Of a DNA stretch of 32,000 nucleotides, positions 1 to 6,878 are shown in pieces. Position numbers and translations under genes: made by a program. This stretch comes from Pirellula staleyi DSM 6068 (GTDB taxonomy: Bacteria; Planctomycetota; Planctomycetia; Pirellulales; Pirellulaceae), in assembly GCA_000025185.1 (NCBI GenBank), contig CP001848.1, positions 6,000,001-6,032,000 of the forward strand, written 5' to 3'. The notes below the pieces were generated by a model. It was not told the DNA's origin, did not search any database, and was given only the letters and a program-made list of their open reading frames with translations. Positions within the stretch are counted from its first letter, which is position 1, and each line of letters begins with the position of its first letter.

Positions 1-83
1 CTACGGCCTGTAATTCGACCTTCGATCTGCTCGAAACTGCCCGCCGAGCAGCGCTCGTCCGAAAACCGTACCTGAATCAATTT

Positions 84-137
84 GGCCTGTAGACCACTTC
101 CTTCCCACCGAAGCGAAGTTGCCTACAGGCCTTTTTT
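84..137 (+). terminator. Rho-independent terminator, probably ending a + strand gene that runs into the window start
   Basis: The 9-bp perfect stem GGCCTGTAG (84-92) / CTACAGGCC (123-131) is followed directly by T6 (132-137). Two + frames are open from position 1 and stop at 73-75 and 90-92, so an upstream gene plausibly ends here. Confidence 0.6.
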
Positions 138-206
138 GTTTCCCTACTGCTAGAATAGCTCAGCCACTCCCCTGTTTTCCTCAATCTCACCCGATGGCTC
201 AGCGCT

Positions 207-707
207 GTGTCTCCCCGCAAGAAGACCGATAAACGTAAAGAATCGCGAGCAACTGCGCGCGAGATTGCCACTTCTGGCGGCCCCCCAACCGCTGGTTCGG
301 CCAATCCCTACCAGTCCCCTGAAACGCGCACCGCGAAGCCTCGGCAACCTATGTACGAGCGGCATCGCGCCGACGCGGCACTCGGAGGCGAATCGCGCGC
401 GTCGATCGCCGTCACGGTTGCCTGGATGACCTTCTTCCTCACCACTGTGGCCACCACACTGCTGGGCGTTGCCAACTGGGCCATCGCCGCTGGCAGCACC
501 TTTCAGCCCAATCAGCCCACTCCCCTCCAGGTCCTTCCCGGACTATTCCTGGGGACAGCAACCCTCACGGGACTCGGCGTTTTGGGGCTCATTCCCTTGG
601 TCTATCGCACCCGTAAAATTCCTCCCCCCAGGTCGATCACGATTGCCGCCATCGTGGCAGGCACCCTTCCCCTTGCTATCTTCACCACGTTTCTTTTGGT
701 GAAATAG
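207..707 (+). CDS. Small integral membrane protein of unknown function, with a disordered N-terminus containing NPYQSP and about 4 TM helices
   Basis: 166-aa ORF with a GTG start; an alternative ATG lies at 351. The C-terminal two thirds contain hydrophobic helices. A possible extended -10 (TGcTAGAAT, 148-156) lies upstream. I recognise no family. Confidence 0.5.
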   Translation: MSPRKKTDKRKESRATAREIATSGGPPTAGSANPYQSPETRTAKPRQPMYERHRADAALGGESRASIAVTVAWMTFFLTTVATTLLGVANWAIAAGSTFQPNQPTPLQVLPGLFLGTATLTGLGVLGLIPLVYRTRKIPPPRSITIAAIVAGTLPLAIFTTFLLVK

Positions 708-779
708 CGGCTGCAGAATGTCCTGCCAGCGGCAAATTGCCGTTACGCGAAACTACCTTCGCATACAGAGCCCTCCCCT

Positions 780-2219
780 GTGACGAAGACCGACTATCTC
801 CGCAGCACCCACCACGAATTCCTCGAAGCTTCTCAGGAAGCTCTCGACTCGCCACAGCTGCAGCGCATCTTGGTTCAGCTCGGCGATACTCTGGGCCAGC
901 GCAACCGCGATGCTTGGAGCGCGCTCGAGAATAGCAGCCTCATTCGCGAACATGCCCGACGCATCAAGGACGAAACCCTCGCACATCTCGACGAGCATCT
1001 CGAAACGCTCGAGAAAAGTGTGATCGCACGCGGCGGACAGGTGCATTATGCCACCGATAGCCACGAGGCCTGCGAAATCATTACTGGGCTCATTCGAGCA
1101 CGCGGGTACACGCAGGTCGTCAAAAGTAAATCGATGACGACCGAGGAGATCCATCTGAATCCGGCGCTCGAAAAAGCAGGCATCTCGGCCGTCGAAACCG
1201 ATCTTGGCGAGTACATCATTCAGCTCGCCGGTCACCGCCCTTCGCATATCGTCGGCCCGGCGCTCCATCTTTCGGCCAAACAAGTCGCCGAGATTTTGAG
1301 TGTCCCAGCGGGACGAGAATTGCCTGTCGAGCGCGAACCACTCGCAGCTTTCGCGCGCGAAGCGCTCCGCGCAAAATTCGCCGCTGCCGAGGTTGGCATT
1401 TCCGGCGTAAACTTTGCCGTCGCAGAAACCGGCACCATCGTTCTCATCTCGAACGAAGGAAATGCGCGACTCACCACCACCCTTCCGAAGATGCACATCG
1501 CCATCATGGGGATGGAAAAAGTGATCCCCCGACTCGAGCACCTACCGATCTTCCTGAAGGTTCTCGCCCGCGCTGCCACAGGACAAAAACTCTCTTGCTA
1601 CACGTCGCTCGTCACCGGCCCCAGACGTCCCGAGGAAAACGAAGGGCCGGAAGAGTTTCATCTGGTGGTGCTCGATAATGGTCGCTCGAAGATCCTCGGC
1701 TCACCGCTGCGTGAAAGTCTGTTCTGCATTCGCTGCGGCGCTTGCCTCAACGCCTGCCCGATCTATCGCAGCGTCGGTGGACATTCCTATGGGGGCGTTT
1801 ATGCCGGTCCTATCGGCGCAGTCCTAACACCGCTGTACGACGGCCTCCGAGAAAATCACCATCTCCCACAAGCCTCGAGCCTCTGCGGTGCTTGCCAGGC
1901 CGCTTGTCCCGTCAAAATTCAGATTCCGCAGATGCTGATCCAGCTGCGAGAAGAACTAAAAAAAGAACCGGAAAGAAAAAACTGGATCGAGGCGACTGCC
2001 TACCAAATATGGGCTCGAATGCTACGAACACCTAGCATCTATCGCTTTGCCACGTGGCTCGTTTCCCGCACCATCGGCCGCTGGTATGCCCGCACGCGCT
2101 GGATGAAGTCACTTCCCGGCGAGCTTCGCGGCTGGACTGAAAAACGAGATTTCCCTGCCCCCGCAAGTCGCCGCTTTCGCGACTGGTGGAACCAGCATGA
2201 GCACGACGAGCCAACATGA
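780..2219 (+). CDS. lutB: LutB-type lactate utilization iron-sulfur protein (LUD domain plus two 4Fe-4S ferredoxin motifs)
   Basis: 479 aa. It carries two cluster motifs, CIRCGACLNACP and CGACQAACP, and an N-terminal LUD/LutB-like region (GGQVHYATDSHEA...). Its end overlaps the next gene by 4 nt (ATGA). Confidence 0.85.
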   Translation: MTKTDYLRSTHHEFLEASQEALDSPQLQRILVQLGDTLGQRNRDAWSALENSSLIREHARRIKDETLAHLDEHLETLEKSVIARGGQVHYATDSHEACEIITGLIRARGYTQVVKSKSMTTEEIHLNPALEKAGISAVETDLGEYIIQLAGHRPSHIVGPALHLSAKQVAEILSVPAGRELPVEREPLAAFAREALRAKFAAAEVGISGVNFAVAETGTIVLISNEGNARLTTTLPKMHIAIMGMEKVIPRLEHLPIFLKVLARAATGQKLSCYTSLVTGPRRPEENEGPEEFHLVVLDNGRSKILGSPLRESLFCIRCGACLNACPIYRSVGGHSYGGVYAGPIGAVLTPLYDGLRENHHLPQASSLCGACQAACPVKIQIPQMLIQLREELKKEPERKNWIEATAYQIWARMLRTPSIYRFATWLVSRTIGRWYARTRWMKSLPGELRGWTEKRDFPAPASRRFRDWWNQHEHDEPT

Positions 2220-2947
2220 CGAGCAACTCGCACGCCTCCGATACCGATACGCGCCCCGGCACTTCGCGCAAAACCTTTCTTGCCCGGGTGAAACAGGCTG
2301 CCCAGTCAGGTCGCGCCTATCGCGTTCACACCGATCCCGCCGCTGAGAAAGCGGGCTATGTCGGTGTTCCCGAAAACGAAGATCTGTGCGAGCGACTAGC
2401 CAGCGAAATTCGCGCGGTTGGTGGCGAGCCTCATCTCGCAGCCAGCGACGCCGACGCCATTCGCTGTACGCAGTCGATTTTGCAAAACCACGCCGCTGCG
2501 GGGACATTGCTTTGGAAGCATCCCCTGCTGACTCGACTCGGCATCCAAGAACTTGCGACGAAACTCGGCACCGTCACTCACTCGGCCGATCAACTCGCCA
2601 GCCTTCCGCCTGAGGAGCGACGCAAAGTGGCGCTCGCTTGTTCGCTCGGCATCACCAGCTGCGAACTCGCGATTGCGGAAACTGGCACCCTCGTCATGGC
2701 CGGATATCCAGGACGCGAACGCTCCGTATCGCTCCTCCCTCCGATGCACCTGGCAATCGTCGAGCGATCGCAAATTGTCCCCGACCTCATCGACGCCATC
2801 GCCGAGTTCTCGCGCCGCGGACACGATACCCTTCCAAGCAACGTCACACTCATCACCGGCCCGAGTAAAACCGGCGATATCGAACTGCAACTCACCACCG
2901 GTGTGCACGGACCAGGACGCTGGCTCGTCCTGATCCTCACGCAGTAA
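2216..2947 (+). CDS. lutC: LutC-type LUD-domain protein (lactate utilization protein C)
   Basis: 243 aa. LUD-domain hallmarks are present (ITSCELAIAETGTLV, SLLPPMHLAIV, ITGPSKTGDIE). It is translationally coupled to lutB by an ATGA overlap. Confidence 0.8.
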   Translation: MTSNSHASDTDTRPGTSRKTFLARVKQAAQSGRAYRVHTDPAAEKAGYVGVPENEDLCERLASEIRAVGGEPHLAASDADAIRCTQSILQNHAAAGTLLWKHPLLTRLGIQELATKLGTVTHSADQLASLPPEERRKVALACSLGITSCELAIAETGTLVMAGYPGRERSVSLLPPMHLAIVERSQIVPDLIDAIAEFSRRGHDTLPSNVTLITGPSKTGDIELQLTTGVHGPGRWLVLILTQ

Positions 2948-2949
2948 GT

Positions 2950-3678
2950 TTAGACCGCTGGCTCTTCCAGCAGTTGACGCTCCGCGCTCAGTTGTTTTTG
3001 GTCGTAGTACCATAGCGCAATGAAGATCGGAACCAGCACAAGCGCGAGCCATTGATAGGCTGTCAGCGCGGCGAACACCTTGGCTTCGGGACGGATGAAT
3101 TCGGTCACGAAGCGATACGCCAGATAGGCCAGGATGTAGAGTTTGAGGCGTTGACGCTCGAGGAGCTTTCTGCGCTCCAGGTACCACAAAATTGCGGCGG
3201 CAAGCAAGTGAAACGTCGCTTCGTACAGCTGCGTCGGATGTCGCGCGAGCGCATCGCCGGCGGTCGGAAAAACAACGCCCCACGGAAGTTTGGTTGGTTG
3301 TCCAAAACAGCAGCCACCCACGTAGCAGGCGATCCTTCCTAAGGCGACTGCCACGGCGACCGGAACCGCGAAGGTATCCCCCGTTTTCACACGAATGTCG
3401 AGCGACCACTTGGCCAGCTCCCCTCCGAGATAGCCCCCCACAATTCCCATCAGAATCGTTTTGCCATCGGACATCCAGCTCGTCAAATCGAGTGGCCCCT
3501 CGCCCAAAAATGTGTAGGGCAACTTGGCAAAAATCATCGCCCCACAAAAGGCCCCGAGTCCGAGCCCCAGTTTTTGCAGCGGATCGAGGGGAAGCTTCTT
3601 CTGCCGCGAGCGCAACAGCAGACTACAGACCACCAGCGCCGCGAGCATCCAGAGTGAATAGCGCGGATCGTGCCTCAC
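2950..3678 (-). CDS. lgt: Prolipoprotein diacylglyceryl transferase family protein (short Lgt-like)
   Basis: 242-aa multi-pass membrane protein. Lgt-like motifs are GRIACYVGGCCFGQPTKLPWGVVFP and RHPTQLYEA. The GTG start overlaps the upstream radical SAM stop by 4 nt (GTGA). It is shorter than E. coli Lgt, so it may be a paralogue rather than the housekeeping enzyme. Confidence 0.75.
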   Translation of the reverse strand: MRHDPRYSLWMLAALVVCSLLLRSRQKKLPLDPLQKLGLGLGAFCGAMIFAKLPYTFLGEGPLDLTSWMSDGKTILMGIVGGYLGGELAKWSLDIRVKTGDTFAVPVAVAVALGRIACYVGGCCFGQPTKLPWGVVFPTAGDALARHPTQLYEATFHLLAAAILWYLERRKLLERQRLKLYILAYLAYRFVTEFIRPEAKVFAALTAYQWLALVLVPIFIALWYYDQKQLSAERQLLEEPAV

Positions 3679-5240
3679 CGTCGTGCCGCCTCTTCTTCAC
3701 GCGCGATCTGCTGCAGCTCTTGACTAACACGTGTCAGTTCAGGGAGCGACACATATCCGGGTCGATAGAGCACGTTGTAAGCACAAAACGGAATCACGTG
3801 ACCGCTCGGCAAAACGTGGTGCGTGCAACACTTCATCACGCGTCTGACATCGAAGTTATACGCATCGAGAAAACTCGTGATCGTGATCCGAAACAGATCG
3901 CGGGCCCCCAGTTTTCCAGCCAAGATGCCACCAAAGAACTCGCCCGCGATGCGCTCGTCGTCACTCATGGGCTGCGCCTCTGGCATCGCCATCGGAAGTG
4001 ACATCGCGGGACTCGGCAGCATGGCACTCGACAACTGCATTAGCTGCGGCTGACTCTCCTCGGGTTCAGCCGTGCAATCGCCCCCTTCGCAGCAACTTTG
4101 GCGACTGAGGTAGGTCATCAGCAACTGCTTCGATTTTTCTCGCGTAAAACTAATGCCGTTCGCCAGCAAATCGAGATTCGACTTGGCATCGATGAACCGC
4201 GTGACTGGCAACGTCTTCTGCTCACTGCGGTAGGCAAATGCGACTTGATGACAGTTGGGATGTGCGCACGGAAGTGGCAAAAAATCTTCTTCGGTAAACA
4301 TCCCACCGGTCTGTTTGGCAACCGCTTTGATCACATCGGGAAACGTGATCCGTTTCTCAAGTTCCTCGGGCAAGACATGCCGGCCTGAGTAGGTAGCTGG
4401 CTGAAAACTGATCCCGGTGACATTCTTCCGCGCGAGACCAAACTGCACGAGCGCTCCGATTTGATCGTCGTTCACTCCCGCTTGTAGCGTTGCGACCAGA
4501 GTCACATGAATCCCGGCCGCTTCGAGCGCATCGAGTGCTTTGATTTTTCGCTCGAGAAGCTTTTCGCCCCGCAATTTCAGGGCGATTTCGTCATTCAAGC
4601 CGTCGAGCTGAAAGTAGATTTCCATCCGTTCGCGCCGCTGCCTGATAAACTCCACCAGCGCCGGATCACTCGCAAAACGAATGCCGTTGGTGTTGATCAT
4701 CACGTAGTCGATCGGCTGCGCGAGGGCATAGTCGACGATCGTTTCGAGCTCGGGATGGATCGTCGGTTCCCCGCCCGAAAGCTGACACACATCGGCGCGG
4801 CCTTCCACCGCTACCAGCCGATCGATCGCCAGTTTGCAATCGTCGACCGACGTATGCTTCCCCCCTGGCGCGCTCGAGGCATAGCACATCGGACAAGTGA
4901 GATTGCAGCTGCTCGTCACCTCGACGAGCCCGACGCACGTGTGCTGCTCATGCTCGGTGCAAAGTCCACAGTCGAGTGGGCAACCTTGCTTGGCATCGAC
5001 TCCCACCTGCTTGGGCAGCTTCGCGGGGAGCGAGTACTCCATCCGGTCATACCACTTCACATCGCTGCAAATGAAGTCCTCGCGCAGTCCATGTGTCGGG
5101 CAGGTTTTGCGAAAGTAAACGCGGCTGCCGTAGGTCACGATCTTTGCTGGTACAACCGCGAGGCAATCGGGACAAAGACTTTGCGTCAGTCCCAGAAATG
5201 TGTAGTCGCGGTGAGGCGTTGGGCCAATCATGGAGTTCAC
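3675..5240 (-). CDS. Multi-cluster radical SAM enzyme, MJ0619 / tetraether-lipid-synthase (Tes, GDGT-MAS)-like architecture
   Basis: 521 aa with these Cys motifs:
- radical SAM motif CNLTCPMC
- N-terminal ribbon-like CPDC...CPTHG
- second Cys cluster CPLDCGLCTEHEQHTC
- C-terminal CAHPNCH, CCEGGDC and CCTHH...IPFCAYN
The radical SAM call is firm. The sub-family call rests on remembered motifs only. Confidence 0.85.
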   Translation of the reverse strand: MNSMIGPTPHRDYTFLGLTQSLCPDCLAVVPAKIVTYGSRVYFRKTCPTHGLREDFICSDVKWYDRMEYSLPAKLPKQVGVDAKQGCPLDCGLCTEHEQHTCVGLVEVTSSCNLTCPMCYASSAPGGKHTSVDDCKLAIDRLVAVEGRADVCQLSGGEPTIHPELETIVDYALAQPIDYVMINTNGIRFASDPALVEFIRQRRERMEIYFQLDGLNDEIALKLRGEKLLERKIKALDALEAAGIHVTLVATLQAGVNDDQIGALVQFGLARKNVTGISFQPATYSGRHVLPEELEKRITFPDVIKAVAKQTGGMFTEEDFLPLPCAHPNCHQVAFAYRSEQKTLPVTRFIDAKSNLDLLANGISFTREKSKQLLMTYLSRQSCCEGGDCTAEPEESQPQLMQLSSAMLPSPAMSLPMAMPEAQPMSDDERIAGEFFGGILAGKLGARDLFRITITSFLDAYNFDVRRVMKCCTHHVLPSGHVIPFCAYNVLYRPGYVSLPELTRVSQELQQIAREEEAARR

Positions 5241-5272
5241 TTACTTCCGAAGAAATGGAGACCGTAGTGGCA

Positions 5273-5773
5273 TCAAGGAGTCGGGCCGCACAGGCCACCA
5301 AGGGCCGCAATACAGGCAAAGAACAGGGCAATCACTGCAGCAGCGATGAGTACCACAATCACACTGACAGTCACGAGTCCAGAGAGGAGAAACAATGCCA
5401 GACGCTCTCCCCAGCCGACGCGCACGCCACCAATCACCTGCTTGCGCAGCACGCGCACCAGCGTCACCAGTAGCGCCGGACAAACCACGATGAAGTAGGG
5501 AATGAGCATGCTGGCATCGTCGATGGCAATGCCGATGCCAATGAAGGTGAGCATCACCACAATCAGCATCGAGATGCCGAAGAAAATCCACTCCGACGGC
5601 CTCATTTTGCGATGTGACTCGTCGACAATTTCAGCCAGGTAGATGATTTCTGGCTCGGGCTTTTTCGTAGCTCCCAGAGGGGAGTGGCACATCCAGCATT
5701 GTTTGGCCAGCTGGTAGTTATCGGCACCACAGGCATGGCAGCGGACAGCGTTCTGCAAAGGAGGTGTATTCAT
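5273..5773 (-). CDS. Zinc-ribbon-headed membrane protein (unknown function)
   Basis: 166 aa. An N-terminal CHACG...CWMCH (CxxC-x13-CxxC) ribbon is followed by about 4 TM helices. The ATG overlaps the stop of the upstream gene (ATGA), and the gene ends 32 nt upstream of the radical SAM gene. Confidence 0.65.
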   Translation of the reverse strand: MNTPPLQNAVRCHACGADNYQLAKQCWMCHSPLGATKKPEPEIIYLAEIVDESHRKMRPSEWIFFGISMLIVVMLTFIGIGIAIDDASMLIPYFIVVCPALLVTLVRVLRKQVIGGVRVGWGERLALFLLSGLVTVSVIVVLIAAAVIALFFACIAALGGLCGPTP

Positions 5774-6516
5774 GCCCCCTCCTTCACCGCAGCGAGCCGA
5801 CGCGCGTACTCAATCGCAACCGTCTTTGCCCGGCGGATGATTTGTCCCACGAGAATGCCAGCGATCCCCAGCGAGAGGAGCATCACCAGGTTTTCGGTCG
5901 GTGGAACTTCGTGCTGGGCGTCGAACCAGCGCTTATCGGCCACCGCGATGAGTGATTCGTAGCAAACCATGACCAGTATGGTGATGCACCAGACCAGCCT
6001 GAGGTTCATACGCAGGGCAGCAGCGACGATCACTAAGAAATAGATCCGGACGAGGACACTTTGCGGCCCTGCCACCAGCGAAGCTGCGGCGGTCACCAGC
6101 AAGGCATCGGCGGCTGCGGAGAGGTATGACAGGAAGGCTGGAAACACCTTTTGCTTTAGGCAGAGCAAAATGGCCAGCGAGAAGAGCGTTCCCCCGAGGG
6201 CTAGGAGAGTGAACTGACGATGAAGTTTGACGTCGTCTGGGGTTTTCTCGGCGAGCAGCAGAAAATAATGCACCATCTGCACGGCGTAGAGCGCGAAGAT
6301 GGCTAGCATGCGCAGCAGGCAGGCCCGTGTTTCCCCTTCGTACTGCTGCAAGCGCCCGACGATGAACCATTGCCGCGCCTCGAAATCGCTGGCTGGTCCC
6401 TCGGGCTTATTGAGCGGAACCGATGTCATGCCCCCTCCTCGCGAGTAATGAACCTCCGCCACGTTAACCACGGGGTCCCCTGGCCCCACCGTCGTCAAAA
6501 TCGGCGTTTTGAGCAT
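5770..6516 (-). CDS. Polytopic membrane protein (unknown function), first gene of the radical SAM operon
   Basis: The ORF is open to a GTG at 6528. I prefer the ATG at 6516, and another ATG lies at 6429. It has about 5-6 hydrophobic helices and I recognise no family. Confidence 0.6.
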   Translation of the reverse strand: MLKTPILTTVGPGDPVVNVAEVHYSRGGGMTSVPLNKPEGPASDFEARQWFIVGRLQQYEGETRACLLRMLAIFALYAVQMVHYFLLLAEKTPDDVKLHRQFTLLALGGTLFSLAILLCLKQKVFPAFLSYLSAAADALLVTAAASLVAGPQSVLVRIYFLVIVAAALRMNLRLVWCITILVMVCYESLIAVADKRWFDAQHEVPPTENLVMLLSLGIAGILVGQIIRRAKTVAIEYARRLAAVKEGA

Positions 6517-6612
6517 TGTGACCGACACGAGTGCGGGGGGCTACACCGATTTGACCACCAATGTGGGCTGGACGACGCGCCAGCCGCAAGGTAGGGTCAA
6601 AGAAGATCGTCC

Positions 6613-6694
6613 GGAGGGTATGCGAATGGTGAGCGGCCACGCTGGAATCGTGGTGCCCCGCAAGGGGTTGCGAGTTCGAATCTCGTGCCCTCCG
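6613..6694 (+). tRNA. tRNA-Ser (anticodon GGA), class II with a long variable arm; CCA not encoded; hand fold is non-canonical (see findings)
   Basis: Hand fold:
- acceptor GGAGGGT / GCCCTCC, with discriminator G6694
- anticodon stem CCACG / CGTGG, with loop CTGGAAT giving GGA
- variable arm CCCC-GCAA-GGGG
- T arm GCGAG-TTCGAAT-CTCGT. Confidence 0.85.
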
Positions 6695-6742
6695 CTGATG
6701 CGATAAGCAGCCGACCAAGCCGCCGCTTCATCGCTTTTTGAG

Positions 6743-6769
6743 CGCCGCTTTGCCAGCGGCGTTTTTCTT
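6743..6769 (+). terminator. Rho-independent terminator downstream of the tRNA-Ser
   Basis: The stem CGCCGCT (6743-6749) / AGCGGCG (6755-6761) has loop TTGCC and is followed by TTTTTCTT (6762-6769). Confidence 0.75.
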
Positions 6770-6878
6770 GCGCTAAGGTCCTCCATTCTGCCCTCTGGGT
6801 GTCACCTCAGCCCCCTTTTTTCGCTACATTAGCGGGGGTCTCGTTTTTGTTTCGCGCCCGACTAGGATTTCGCTGCTG

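Noticed and set aside
1-92. 3' end of an upstream plus-strand CDS
   Set aside because: Two frames are open from the window edge, stopping at 73-75 and 90-92, and I cannot choose between them or name a product. Only the terminator that follows is reported.
753-1541. 262-aa minus-strand ORF opposite lutB
   Set aside because: It lies entirely antisense to a gene with clear LutB motifs. Its sequence is Arg/Gly/Ala-biased with no recognisable domain, which is typical of a shadow ORF in GC-rich DNA.
780-2947. lutBC without lutA, as a possible sign of a degraded or novel lactate-utilisation operon
   Set aside because: LutB/LutC pairs often occur without an adjacent LutA. LutA could be encoded elsewhere, so absence from a 32-kb window is not informative.
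2396-3547. 383-aa minus-strand ORF spanning the lutC/lgt junction
   Set aside because: It overlaps two well-supported genes, antisense to lutC and out of frame with the Lgt-like gene. Its composition is Arg/Ser/Gly-rich and low-complexity.
4506-5267. 253-aa plus-strand ORF, and the 269-aa ORF at 3192-4001
   Set aside because: Both are antisense to the radical SAM and Lgt-like genes, which carry unambiguous motifs, and neither has a recognisable domain.
6529-6878. Possible genomic-island integration at the tRNA-Ser 3' end
   Set aside because: I found no integrase, no direct repeat of the tRNA 3' end and no obvious compositional break. The flanking genes look like housekeeping genes (uup).
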